A stretch of 64,000 nt of DNA from Paramecium tetraurelia (GCA_000165425.1 CT868241.1:186001-250000), one strand, 5' to 3'; numbered from the stretch's first letter, positions 40,312 through 54,144 are shown. Translations and numbers: made by a program. The notes: generated by a model not told the origin, from the sequence alone.

Positions 40312-41010
40312 TCATAAATCTTTTTTAAGCTCATACAAAAATGGTTTATTCTAAATTTTGAATTTCTCATCCATAATTGAGCAGTTAATAAACTTAATTG
40401 CATCGACTCCATACCCTCCGTCCTCATCATATTATCCATAAGACTCATGAATTCCACCAAAAACATGAAGTTTTGGTTTGATCTTCTTAACCTTTTCTAT
40501 TAAATATTTATCTCCCACTCTCTGCCCATTGCTAAGTTTGTCTCCATAAAAATATGGAGGTCCATGAGTAATAACAACATCAGATCCTTCTTCAATTTGA
40601 TCCCAAAACTATTAACTACTTCCTTCTATCTAAAATGCCCAATCACAAAATTCCTAAGTGTATGGACTACCCCAAAATTTAAATCCTTCTATTGTAACAG
40701 ATGAGTTTATTAGCAAATGACAACATTCTTTTAGTTCTTAAACCAACTATTCTGGATTAAAGTTGCTGTATCTATGAAATTTCTTCTTCAATACTGGGTA
40801 TTTTTATGTGTCCAATGTAATATCGTGATTACCAGGTACGACGATCTTATGTTTATGGGGTTATGCTTTTAACCATGATATAAAATCTTTGATTTCTTGT
40901 TCATGTCCCCAATTAGTAAAGTCTCCACAATGAATAAGCACATCGCCATGTTAAACATCCACGAATTTGGAGTGAGTCTCACTTAAACATACTAATGTCA
41001 ATTATTTCAT
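40312..41010 (-). CDS. Metallophosphoesterase, MPPED/239FB family
   Basis: SETH, GDVLIHCGDFT, KIVVPGNHD, WGSP, LLTHGPP, HVFGGIHESYG, FINCSI; intronless 699 nt. Confidence 0.92.
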
Positions 41011-41071
41011 TTTATAAAATATATTAAAATTCACTTTTCATAATCAAAGTCATATATTCAATAATTTTTAT

Positions 41072-42472
41072 TCATTTCTCGTCTTTAAGAAACTTTAAAC
41101 ATAAATCTAAATGGAAACTATCCTACTCTTAAGGATACTATCTTTTAACTTCCTTTAAAACTTAATCTAAAGGATATTGATCTGATGGTAGTCTTGATGT
41201 AAGAGATAGCATACTCAATCCTGCACTAGAATATTCAGGGTGACCTTGAAATGCCAAAATCCTTTCATCCTTAGAAATCATGACTTCATTCTATATATAT
41301 ATATTTATAGTAGATTTACTTTGCAAGAATCGCTAGAAGAAACTAATACTAAAAAATCTGGATGCTTTGTAATCTCATCACCATGAGCTTAATTTATTAT
41401 TGTTCTCTCCTTCAATTGCATTCCTTAGAATAATTTGAATTATTTCATCACATTGATCTTATGGTCTAAGGGAGAGTTTCCGAAGACAAAAATATTTTTC
41501 ATCCCTTCCACAATCCCTCCTAATGCCACAGTAAGTATCTAAAAGCCAAAGCAAATTCCAAGTATCTTAACTTTTGGATTGGTTTCATAAGCTTTTTTTA
41601 ATATCAGTTTAACATCTTCTATCCATTGATAATGATCATAGACAGATATTCTATTACCAGGCATAATAATAGCATCAGCCCTTTTAATTATATCATCACT
41701 AGGATAATGTCCTTAGGCTACGTTATATTGATTCCAATTATCATATCGTCTACGAAATATCCCATTATAAATAGAGACTGTATCTAAGACAAAGCCTGAT
41801 GCATCATAAAACTTAGATTGTTTGGTTTTGAAATTAAAATGAAGAACAATTCTACCATCCACTCTTAAGTATTCATTATTTAGTAAAGCTTTTTGTAAAT
41901 CTGTATACTTTTCTTTTCCTTCTTCGAATTGCAAGTTTTACTCTAGTTCTTGTACATTGACTTATCTATAAATTCATTAATCTTATATATATACTTAATT
42001 GTTAGACCCTAATGTGAAGTGATGTAATCAATGTCATTTTATTATTGTAAAACTATGATGTAATAAAAGTTTTCTTCTTTGTCATCATTCCACAATGGGC
42101 AACTATTGAAAAATTAAGTCCAAAGTGGGGCCTAAACATTTCTTTTGTGTCTAAGTAATTCCTAGGATTTGAATTTATTTATACTTTCTCCTATTAAGAA
42201 CTTTGACTCCATAACTATTTTTCTTTGTAATTGTAATTATCAAAATCGACCATATCTATATACTCTTTCGTACAGAATGAAAATTTCTATAGTTCAATGT
42301 TTTTCAATGAATCCAAGATTATTTTGGGTCCAGCTATTGAGGCACTTAGGAAATCCTCTTTTGTAATTTCGGTCTTAGGAAGAGAGAAGGGATGTTAAGG
42401 GGTGTTTTGAAACAGTAAGACCTATTTCTAATTGTTGACTTGAGTCAGAAAAACTAAGTAAAGAGATTTCAT
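41072..42472 (-). CDS. Class I glutamine amidotransferase-like protein with a long N-terminal extension
   Basis: Catalytic motifs ILGICFGFQ and FQGHPEY, plus IMPG..SVYD and AHGDEI; three introns. Confidence 0.85.
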
Positions 42473-42599
42473 TCTTAATTCCAAAAATTAATAATAAAGT
42501 GTGTCAATTAAGTTGTAAGAAATTAAAAATGTTTGTTATTAACAGATAATATAAAATTGGTAACAAGTATTGAAAATGCCATAAATTAATTTAATTGAA

Positions 42600-43627
42600 A
42601 TGCATAAGAAGATTGAAATAAGATTGTGCTCGATTTCATATTTCTATAATGTCCAATAATAAAATAATTATCTTTTATTTGATTTTTCTCTTCCAGACAA
42701 GTAAACCGAACTCATATTTTTAGTAACAAATAATACAAGGCAATAAAAGTTGATTAAAATAAATTGAAAGATGCAACTAAATTAGACCAGGCCCTTGATA
42801 TTACGTAAATACATTTAACATATAATAGACTTGAACAAAATAAACTGTTAGAAAAGAAAAGAAGAGCCTATAATTTTATTCTTCCATTTAAACAATCCAA
42901 TTACATCACTACTAAGTTGACTTAATTAGTGACGTAGTCAGATGGCTTATCTTTAAATTTAGAGTCTGATAATTTTTTTGATATTCTACTGGAATACAAG
43001 AACTTAGATAAGTTGATTATTAATGATAGCATAGTGGAAAATTTGAAAATTTTTCATTATCTTTTGTGTAAGGAATTGGTTAGAGAAATATATATTATAT
43101 GTGATTCCTAAGAAAATTTAGTTTCTCGTTATCCTTTTTGTTATTAGAACTTTGAATTCAGTTTACCCAACGAGATAATCGAGAATTAACTTTACTTAGG
43201 TAATAGTAATCATGCCAACAATCTCAAGGCTTTGAATCTTTTAGGAATTACTCACGTTGTTAATTGTGCCAAAGAAATACCAAATTATTTCAGTGATGTC
43301 TAATAAGAGAATAAGGATTCCATTAAATACTTCTAGGTTCCTGTTTTGGACTTAGAGGAAGAACCAATTTCTGATCATTTTGACGAGGCTTACATTTTTA
43401 TGAATGAGGCAATGAATAATAAAGAAAATAAGGTAAATATATCATTCTATAATTATTAGATCCTGGTTCATTGTGCTTAAGGAAAAAGTAGATCAGCAAC
43501 AATTGTATTAATGTTCTTAATGAGAAATAAACAATGGACTTTTGATCAAGCTTATGAACATGCCAAGAAAAGAAGGGAAATTATTTCCATAAATGATGGC
43601 TTTTAATTTCAACTATTACAGATTTGA
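42600..43627 (+). CDS. Dual-specificity protein phosphatase with N-terminal rhodanese-like region (MKP-like)
   Basis: PNEIIENQLYLG, LGITHVVNC, VLDLEEEPI, LVHCAQGKSRSAT, INDGFQFQL; one intron ~43432-43459. Confidence 0.92.
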
Positions 43628-43689
43628 GTTATCAAAAGGAATTATCTCAATATTGTTAACAGTTTGTGTGAGATTATAATATTAATCAA

Positions 43690-45057
43690 CCAATTAATTT
43701 ACTGATTAAATTTTAGTATAGAGAAGCGAAGGCATTAAATTTCTTTATTTCGTCCATCTGTTTGTTCCTCTTACTATTTTCTTAGTTCTTATGCGCTAAC
43801 TAAATAGTTCAATAGCCAAAATACCAATATTATATTTTTCTATTCTAGTTTTTAATTATACTTCCAACAAAATGTTGTATTCTTTCTTATAAGTTTAATT
43901 CAAGCCTCTATTATAATCTGATCTCAATCTATTAATCTAATGGCAGTTTGTATTTATTCATATTTTCAGCTTTGCTTGACTTTTACTTTTAATAATTCCA
44001 AGATCATCATTAACTAAGGGATTAGTCTTATATTTACTATCATGATAAATGTCTTTAGGGTGAATTTTCTTATTATTTAAATAATCAAAGCATTTGCTTT
44101 CAGTCCTAACTAGAATTTAATATAGAACACTACATGAATGCTTAGGAGTATAAACTTAAAAATCGAATTCTTATTATGATAATATATCTTTAAGTAACCT
44201 CATTCCATTTATTTTGAGACAGGATAATTCAGAGTTTTCCAAAGAGATTGACATTTTTCTTGATCCTTCAGAACTTAAATGGACTCGAGGTGATTAAGAG
44301 AGATCTATTAAATCTATTAAGTTCTCCTGACATTACTTAATGTCAATGGGTATCTGAAAGTTCATTTTACTTAACAAAGCATTATTAACAGTTTCAGCAT
44401 AATTTCTAGAAAAATGTTTATTTAAATATATTTTCACAGTATCACAACTCAATTTTCTTAATGGAGAATCTTCAATTTCAAAATCGTAAGTAATGCTCCT
44501 TTCATGATAAAAAGAGGCCTATGTTAATTAGAGGTTGTAAATACTTTTTCTATATTTCCCATATAAAAGTGACAAATCCCCGTTTTTTAATGAACCAAAT
44601 TCTCAATCTCCAAATTATTATTTAGCCAAGCATATTGTAAGCATTTCTTTAAGAATTTCACTGCAATTTCATAGGATTAATATGTAACAGCACAATTCGA
44701 TAGGCCAATAAAAGCCTTCATTTTATGAAAATCATATATCTATTTTGAGTGATTGCATAATCACCTAGTTTAATTGTACAAATGTATTGACAATTCAATT
44801 TAACCGCAGTTCTCTAAAGCTTGAGCACAGAACAATAAAATCTCTACCACAACCAAACTAATTTTAGTTCCAATAGCCATTTCGATGAGATCTTAGACTA
44901 AATCTATAGTTTATTGGTTCTACTTGAATTTAATGAGATCAATAAGTTATTTCTCTTTACTCAATAACATTCGAAGGAACTTTTGGAGCAAAGGATTCTT
45001 GATGGATTTAATTTTGAGCATGAGCACTTATTGTCTAATAGCAGGATCATATTTCAT
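43690..45057 (-). CDS. Hypothetical protein, structure uncertain (possibly disrupted)
   Basis: Long open frame ~43700-44530 in the ciliate code; 5' exon junctions and both ends not resolved. Confidence 0.35.
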
Positions 45058-45087
45058 TTTCTTTTAACTTCTGTAGTTTATAAATTA

Positions 45088-47893
45088 TCAGAAGTGACAA
45101 CACTAACTTCTGCGAACTCTTGGAAACACTATAAATAAAGGAAATTTATATATATTCATGTGGCTAGGTACTTTGATAGGCTAATAATTGTAAAAATAAT
45201 TTTACATCTTGACATCGGTTTCACTTTTAGGATCAATTCTGATTCTGAGATTGGTTACTTTATTGAAATTAGTTTCTGAAACTTAAGTCTTAATCACTTC
45301 ATCTTCTCTGGTGGAAAAGTTAGTTAGTTTTGTATTATGTATGCATAGTGGTGCCGGTTTATATTCGTTCCACGGGAACATCGGAGATTCTGCAATGATG
45401 AGTTTCACTTTAGAATTTGAATTAGGCATCACTCTTCAATCTAGTGATTGATTGTGGAGATTGACGAGATTTAAGAGCTGAATTAATATACCTTTTCCTC
45501 TTATTGTAATATAATAATCATTTCAATAAATCAAACAATTCAAGTACTGGATTGGCAGCTTTTGGTTTGAATCTGTCTTATTCAATTAAAGTCCTTAATG
45601 TTCTTATTTCTGCTTGAAGGGGTTTGTCGATAGTAATCAATTCTTTTCCAATTTTAGAATTCAAGAATTAGTCCAAGATTATAAATTGAGTTCTACAATA
45701 TTGCCCTGTGATTTCTTCATTCTGTTGATTGGAACCTCTTAAATGGCTTTGGAGACTGACGATGATTTAACGCATTTGCTTTTACAAAATTGCCAACTAT
45801 CTTTTTTAGTGATAGTTATCATACTTAAATATTGAATTTCTATTTTCTATCATTCGAATATTGTTTGGAGAATAATTATGCTATTTCAAATTCTATTTAT
45901 TGCTTCTATTGAGTTTCTGTTCCAATCTTGAAGTATAAATTTCATCCATATTCTTTTTAGTAACTAACTTGCTTCCATTGTTTATTATATCCTTATTCAA
46001 ATGAATAAATGAAGTCTCATCCTCGGGTATGCATTCGGTTAGATTAGATAAGATATCATAAAATGATTTTTTAAAATTAAGATTGCCATTCCTTATACTT
46101 TAGAATTTAGGAGTCCAACTATTTAATTACTTTAAATTTTCTGATACTTAGCCAGGTGCATTATCACTAATATTGCTCATTTAATCATCATCAAAGGAAC
46201 TATTTTCATCACTCAAATTTAGTTTCTCAACTGCTTCTACTGGAGGAGAAACATTCGGAATCGAATCAGAGTCCTCATAAAAGTAATCTTCTTAGTAGAT
46301 GAGTTAATTTCTAATTTAAACCAATTATTATTTCTTTAATATTTTATATAAGAAAACGTTATTGATTTTGGGCAAGAAACAAAGCATCAACGTTTGATAA
46401 GTAATGGGAACAAGTTGAAAGTCAATTAAAAACTATTGAATCATCAAGGTTTTGTTTATGATTGATTTGTCCAATAAGGATAACTTTGTATGAGGATTGA
46501 TGCTGCAAAAATTAAACATGTTTTGATCACTCAATTATCTCTTCTAAGCAGTGTTCCATTCATTGCAGAATTGCAATGTAATTAGGTTGCTTTTTTCGAT
46601 TAAAATCTCCAAACAAGTTTATCCCTTTAAATTATAGTGATTAACATCAAATGGCTATTGCAATATAACTTAATAAAACTATTTTACTCTTTTGTGATCA
46701 CTAAATGAACTGACTATATGCAAAGGAGTATCCTTGAATATGTCATACTGTGCAGGATTAGCCCCTATATTTATTAGATCCTAGAGCAATTCCACTTGAC
46801 ATTGTTAGGCTACAATGTGCAAATTGGAGGATTGCAATCCGCCTCCCAAATTCACGTTGATATTGAATTTCAGTAGCAGAGAGACCAAACGATAATACTT
46901 TTTTTCTATTGCCAAACTTAATGGAGTGTGTCCTTTAAGGTCGATTTAATTAGCCAAATCCAAATGATGGTTTAAGAGATAATCTAAAATTCCAATTTCG
47001 TCATAGAGGACTGCCAAATGCATGAGATTCTAAATGTATTGTCCATAAAGATACTTGTTTGTAATCATTCATGTAATTCAATGAAGTCTCAATCTCAAGT
47101 GAATGGTAATTCAGCTACTCCTTGATTTGGGTGAGGAGTTGCTCGTTTTGAGAATCTATTGAGAGGTAAGGTTTTTTGTACTTATGCTATCATTTAGAAT
47201 GTCCCCTTAACTAACAATAACTGCATTGCTGATTGATTTATAGTTCATTATGTATAATTCAAATGTTAATTCATCAGACATCGCTTCCATCAAAGTAAAA
47301 AACACCTTCAACTTCTAATTCTCTAAGAGGAAATCAAATTAAGCTTGACAAAATATACCCCATCCCAGACCCAGCACTTCCAGAGTGTCACTTAAATCCA
47401 GAACTTCCTTAGTTATGTTAGTAAAGTAATTTTATTAAATATACAGTTTCTTTAGACGCAATCTGCATATTGAAGGATCAATAGACTTCAATAGGTTCTT
47501 TGCAATATTGAGGATTATGAGTTTCGGCACATCTGTATATGAGATGGGTCCGAATTACTGCAGTTAATTATCTTCCAGGGATAAATTCTATAATAATGGA
47601 GTCTTTTTAAAAATATTTGTATCAAATTCTTTGAGTTTGTTTTCGTTCAACATCAGATACAGTAGACCGTTCCATATCATCCTGTCCTTTTATGATGAAC
47701 CACAACTTACATTAAAAATTGTTAATCCCTATCTTGAATAGTCCAATAGTAATCGTTACTATTCGTATTCTTAATGGGATTATTTGTTTGCCTAGAAACT
47801 ACGTTAAGTAACAAATTTGACTTGCAGCGGACTTCGTTAACGCTTGTTTCCGCCTGATTGCATGGACAGGCATTATTCAAAAGTTTCATTCAT
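45088..47893 (-). CDS. Leucine-rich-repeat plus ankyrin-repeat protein
   Basis: LRRs LMLNENKLK, LSLEDNQLQ, LNIAKNLLKSI; ankyrins NLMHLAV, GHTPLSLAI, DTPLHIV, NGTLLRR; disordered and helical C-terminus. Confidence 0.82.
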
Positions 47894-47916
47894 TTTATAT
47901 ATTATAATGTAATAAA

Positions 47917-48393
47917 TCACTTTTTCAATAAGCATTTTAGTGTTAATTTACTTAAGGGCATGTGCTAGAATTATTTCTTGATATTGGTCTCAGTGTAGCA
48001 TCTCTGACTCAGTTATTTTTAATCTTTGTCATCTGACTATTCAAGTATAGTAATTAATTGTGTATTGTTATTGTTAGTGACTCCTACAGAAGAGTATTTT
48101 AGATCAGTAACCTAGGTTTTAAAATCCGAATAAATCTCGTCTATAACTACATTAGTAATGACTTTCAGATTTTATTTGAGTATATTTAAATTAAGTACAT
48201 AAGAATCAACTATTTTGTCCTTTTGCTATTTGCTTAGTACTGTCATTATATGCGATCGTTCAGTTTAAAAGATTGATTCAAAGAGAGACTTTATTTAGAT
48301 CATGAATTTAGACTAAACCAACCTCATTAGAACAGATTAGATGTCATTAAATTTAATGATTTCTCTCTCTATTCGTTAAATAAAATCATTCAT
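47917..48393 (-). CDS. Hypothetical protein (158 aa)
   Basis: Uninterrupted 477-nt ATG..TGA frame MNDFIQRIEREII...CLLKK. Confidence 0.6.
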
Positions 48394-48407
48394 TTTAATT
48401 AAATATA

Positions 48408-48704
48408 TCATCCTATAATCGAATGCTCATTGTTTAAATACTATTGAGGGTTAAAAGTGACTTCTTGATGAATTAAGATTTTTTCATCAAAGTTCATTTC
48501 AGGTTCACAAGGGTCTGTGTATAGAATTTCTTCAATAAAATGAGACTCATCCTCATTTAAGCACATTTTCTTCTGAAGTTGGGTACCCAGGTCAGTCATA
48601 TCCTCCTCTTAGGAGACAGTTCTGGTGACAATTTCATGATTGCCTTCCAACTGTGCTTTTCTGCTTCCAACTTTGAAGTATTTTCTATTTTATTTGACTT
48701 CCAT
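48408..48704 (-). CDS. Small hypothetical acidic protein (98 aa)
   Basis: Uninterrupted 297-nt frame MEVKQNRKYFKVGSRKAQL...EHSIIG-TGA. Confidence 0.6.
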
Positions 48705-48743
48705 AGTTGTACTCTGTTAAATTAATTTATTATATAAAATTTA

Positions 48744-49268
48744 TCATTCTTTAGCTATTTATGAAATGGGCTGTTTATTTTAACTCTTCGTTTCAATTTC
48801 AACCATTAAAATATCTCCTATCTTAAAACCATGATTTTTTAGATCTGAGTCATCTTCCTTTCCAGACTTTACAGAATGGACTTATCCCAAATCCTTTTTC
48901 TTTTGAACTCCATGTTAATCCAGATAGACATTGCTCACTCTAAACATAATATCTCTTCGATAAACTCCATTCAATTGATATTTTAATTGATCCACAATGT
49001 CTCTCAATTTAGAACTCAAGCTAATAATTTCTATGTGGATAGCTATTACAATAGATAAAGTAATATTTCTTAGGTTTAATTCTTGTTGAAGTCTTCTAAA
49101 GTGATTTATCCATTTTTCCAATGTGTTCTAACTAAGAAAGGTACTTAATGCTAAAATGTCAATTTAATATACCTTGTCCTTATCATTCTAATTTCTATTA
49201 TCTCTAAATCGTCCATATCTGCCATGTATACCTTCTACTTTTATCTGATCTTTTTTATTCGATGCCAT
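48744..49268 (-). CDS. SAP18: Sin3-associated protein 18 (SAP18)-like
   Basis: DKDKHQVPFLVR, EILLY..LSSKLRDI, KDLGQV..GKEDDSDLKNHGFKIGDILMVEI match the SAP18 pattern; two introns. Confidence 0.8.
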
Positions 49269-49614
49269 TAATAATAATTGTAGTTAAATAAATTTATAAA
49301 TTTATTCCCTTGAAATTAAGGACAACCATCTATTTCTTGTTAATTCTCAAAGTAATTACCAACTGTTTTTGTTAATTGTGAATAATTCTGTTTAATTTAC
49401 AATTGATCGTTAATAAATAGAGATAATATTTCATATGAATTTGCATTATTAGCCTTTAAATATTTACTAAATTATTAAGATATTGCAGATCCTTAAAAAT
49501 AATAGTTTTTGTTTTATGATTGCTTCTAAAAGGAAGACATTAGAATTAATTAGGAATAAAATTGATTTAAAACATCTGAGAATTTATTATTATAGAAATT
49601 TTAATATAATTTAT

Positions 49615-51539
49615 ATGCCTCCGAAAAGTAGAAGATCAGAGCCAAATCCGAATCAACTCAAGGTAGTTTTGTTAATCTAATAGCCAAGGAAGAAGGGAAT
49701 ACTGCTTTCCTGAACAGATAATATCCTAAAGCAATTAATCTATACTCTAAAGCTCTACGTATTCAGATTATATAAATAATTATTAGAGTTGGAAGAGAAC
49801 CCTATTTCCTACAACAATCGTTCCCAAGCTTACTTATAGACGGGCGAACTAGAATTGGCTTTGTAGGATTGTAATAAGGCATTGCAATTGAATCCGAGTT
49901 ATGTTAAAGCGACCACTAATAAGGCATAAGTGTTATATGAAATGGGTTATCTTCAAGTATACCTCCAAACTTATTCTTAGTAAGCAATTGAATGTTTGTA
50001 AAGTATAAATAATCACACTCCAGAAAGTGAATTATTACTCAACTAATATTATTAGCAATCCCACAAAGTAAAACTGATATCACATCAAGACTTTATTAGA
50101 TTAAGCAGAATAAGATCGTTAGAAGAGACTATTAGAATGGTTGAAAATAGGAAAAGCCATATTTCCAAAAATCAAAATTGAATGTTACTCAGAAGATTAT
50201 CGCGGTGTTAATGCAAAACAAACAATAAATGCCAAAGAGTTGATTCTCTTCATTCCAAAATCTCATATGATCACTTTGGAAATGGCCAAAGAAACAACTG
50301 TGGCTAAAAAAATGATGCAATTCAGACTAGATTTACTCTCTCCAAAACATTCGTTTCTTTCCACCTTTTTGTTGCAAGAGAAATTCAGGCCCAATTCTTT
50401 CTGGAAGCCATACATAGACATCTTACCATCATCCTATCCCTCATTTCCCATATTCTATAACAATAGTGATTTAGAATGGCTCAAAGGCTCTCCATTTCTA
50501 AGTACCTATTTATTCTATATAAACAGAGCAAATCAAAGATAAATTAGCTGATCTTTAGAAAGATTACAACGATATATGCAATGTAGTGCCTGAATTCACC
50601 TAGTATCAATTCCATGAATTCTGCTGGGCAAGGATGACAGCCAGTAGCAGAATATTTGGCATAAACATAAATGGTGTTAAAACAGATGCCTTTGTACCAT
50701 TAGCAGATATGCTCAATCATAAAAGACCAAAATTGACTTCCTGGTGTTATTCAGATGAAAAATAAGGGTTTATTATAGAAACTGATGAAAAAATAGAAAG
50801 AGGACAAATGATATTTGATAGTTATGGTAGGAAGTGCAATTCAAGGTTTTTTTTGAATTATGGCTTTGTTGTTGAAGGCAATGATGCAAATGAAGTCAAT
50901 CTTGCTGTAGAGGCAGATTAAAATGATCCACTCTTATAATTAAAGGAGTAAGCAATTAAAGAATCCTTATAATGGCCTAAAAACTTCAAATTGCTAATGG
51001 ATACTGATGGTAATATATCTGAAAATACAATATTCTAGAAACAGCAGTTATAGATTTCATGAGCCATATCAGATTTTTAGTGATTCGAGATGAGGCTCAA
51101 CTTAAATTATTATTAAACCAAAAAAACTCTTAAAATTTCAAATCTACCAAAACACAACCTTTAGGAATTTACAATGAATTAGAAATGTGGAAAATGATTG
51201 GACGAATTTGTAAAAAGACTCTAAAATAATATCCAACCACATTTGAAGTAAGACTACTTATATGATTATTTAGCAAGATCAAGAAATCCTATAGATTTGT
51301 GAGTTGACTACAAATTAGAGGAACTGCTTGATTCTCAGAATGGGAGAAAAAGAAATATTGAAATTCTATTTTCAGTTCAGTGAAAGAATGAAAGAACTCC
51401 TAAGTAATTTTAATTAATAAGTATTGCATTCATCATTACTAAATAGGAAATCAATTTATTCAGCTCTAAAGAAGAAAACTCCAAATACTTAAACTACATT
51501 AATAAAGTTATAATGCTTTAAAATTAGAATTATTAATGA
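49615..51539 (+). CDS. TPR plus SET-domain methyltransferase (SETD3/Rubisco-LSMT class)
   Basis: TPR KEEGNTAF..YSKA..YNNRSQAY..ALQDCNKALQL; SET RGVNA, SFWKPYIDILP, FVPLADMLNH, DSYG..NSRFFLNYGF; C-terminal YPTTFEQD..R.GEKEIL. Confidence 0.9.
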
Positions 51540-51582
51540 ATTTATTGATGTTAAATAAATTATTGAATATAATCTTAGAAAT

Positions 51583-54144
51583 TCAATTCAAAAGTTAATT
51601 TTTTTTTCCAAAATAGTTTCTAATCTACTCTTTTGTTATGATATATACACAGTAACATTCTTAATAGTCTCCTCATCTTTTATCAATTAGACATCTTGGT
51701 TTAAGCAAGTCAATTACTTTACTAAATTTTGGCAAATTTACCTTGAAATACAATAAATTAATACATATCTCTTTCCCAATTTAGAATTTACAACATCTAA
51801 CAACTCTTTAATCTGTATTAAACGACATCATTATAATAAGGTAGCAAGTCGAGAATTTATTTTTTCTCCAACTCTGCCGTTCTTTAATCATAGATCATAA
51901 GTAACTCGGTATATTTTGCTAGACCTTCCCAAATATAGTATTTTTGTCCAATTTCTTTAGCCAAATATTCATACAATTTTAAAATTCTTTTCTTATTAAT
52001 ATTTGACTAAACAAGGTTCTCTTAATTCAATTAATCAGTTTAATAGGCGAATGTTTATGTGATCTTTTAGATTATCTATTCGTCTATCAACTCTCTATGA
52101 TCTAATTATACAAGCTTTTCGATGCAAGAATAAAATCTTACAAATTTTTTATTCCTTAAAGAAATAGCCATTAAATTACTCCAAAGTCTCCAATCTGTAC
52201 TAGCATATTTCACTCCTTATTCTAAAGCAGATTGTGCTTCACTAAACTTTTTCAAGGCAACCAAACAAGACGAAATATTTCCCCAAATTTCTCCATCATT
52301 TTCATTTATTCTGACTGCTTCACCTAATGATTTAATTGCATCTTCCAATTTATTCAATCTCATATAAGCACATCCCATTATATACCATGATTTTTAATGA
52401 TATGAATTAATCTTAACAGCTTTTCTATAAGATTTGATGGATTTCTCATAGTTTTTTTCTTTAAAAAAATAAAATTCTCCTAAGGATCTTTATGCCCTAG
52501 CAAATCGTTTTTTGGAGTCCTTCCAAGCTTCTTTTAAAATCTTAGGATCCTATTTAATCTCTCCTGTGATGCATTTCATTTTCACAGTTCCCAATCCTTT
52601 TGCTGTTATTTACTCAATTTCTTTAAGTGCTCTTTATGTATCACCAGTCCCTACTATGCACTCAACACATTCCTCCCACATTTCTAGTCGAGCAAATATC
52701 TCATAGCCACTTGTCATCATACCAACCTTCATCCATTATTCAGCTAAAATTCCACTTAAATTATAGTAATCAGGATAGTTTGAGTAAAATAAATTCAATG
52801 CTCTTAAATCAGAATCTGGTTATATATCATTGAATTAATCAACAAGGGTCTGCATTTGAATCAAGGCTCTCTCCATCCTCTTTAGATGATTAAACTCATT
52901 TAAAGATCTCAACAACAAGCCCTGGGAATAGACAATCCAACTATTTGATTTATCAAGCATCAAATTTAAGTAAGCTTAAACTTATTGTTAGAGTATCTCA
53001 TCATTTGGTAAAGTCTTTTTGTAATGATGGATCAATCCCAATAAAACGATTTGTTCTTCCAATGATAATGAATCCTATTTGATTTCTCCATCAACCACAG
53101 GTTTATCAAATAAAATAGATTCCTCTTCTAAATTTACTTATTATGGAGCATATTATTGAAGAACCTCTTGTACTTTTGGCAATTCCCTAACTATATTAAA
53201 ATATAAATAAAGAATTACTTTCTTTTTCTACACTTTCCTAATCTATAATTTAAGCAACTAATTGAGGGAGCTTCTCCTCTTGAAATTTTGTTTTTTTTCC
53301 TAATTTACCAGTTAATTCAAATCTCACTTTTAGCAATTGCTATAATTTTATTATGTTATTACTTATGCTTTTAGCAAACACACTTCTGCTTCTTAATATC
53401 TGTAGTAATAATTGTAAATATAGGAGAATTCAGTGTATAATTTAGCTTGGTCTTTGCTATCCACAGGATAATTATCAAGGAACTCTTAAAATGAATTTAA
53501 AATTTCATCCTTTAATTCTTATACAGGATTGTCTAGAAATTAATTGTGCATAAAATTAAGTCTAGCCCACCATAATTGATAAATTGGATTAGTGGTATGC
53601 AACAATTCAAGAATTTGTTTGCAAACTAAAAATATATGTTTAAGCTAAATCACTCTCTTAAATAGTTCACCACAACATTGCAGCTTATTTAGAATATCTA
53701 TTGTATTGGTATATTCTTACATTCTTAATTAGCTTATGAATAATAGATTTCATATTCAGAAACTCTACTAATCTAATTAATAAGTGGTAATAATTCGACT
53801 AATCCAAGATCTTCCAATTCCTGTTTATTTATTTGATTGGTTTGACTTTTTGGAATGACTTACTTAGTTAATAGATTTTCTAGATGTAACTTTCTATCAG
53901 CATTTTAATAGTGATAAGACGGTCCTGTAAAATTCTCCTTAATAAAAAGTCCATAGAGGGTGTAGAATATATCAAAAACAATTTGTTTGTGTTATGTTTA
54001 AAGCATACTCATGCAACACTATTTTATGATGTCCAATGCATGATCGTTTATGTTGTCTGCAAAAAATAGTATTACTTTGAGTCCTGTTCCAAATTTTCCT
54101 TGGTTGAACAATTACTATAAATTATATTCACACTTAATTTCCAT
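51583..54144 (-). CDS. TPR protein, TTC27/Emw1-like
   Basis: FELTGKLGKKTKFQ, NWIVYSQGLLLRS..ERALIQMQTLVDQ, several C-terminal TPRs (WYIMGCAYM, WGNISSCL, NWRLWSNL). Confidence 0.82.
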
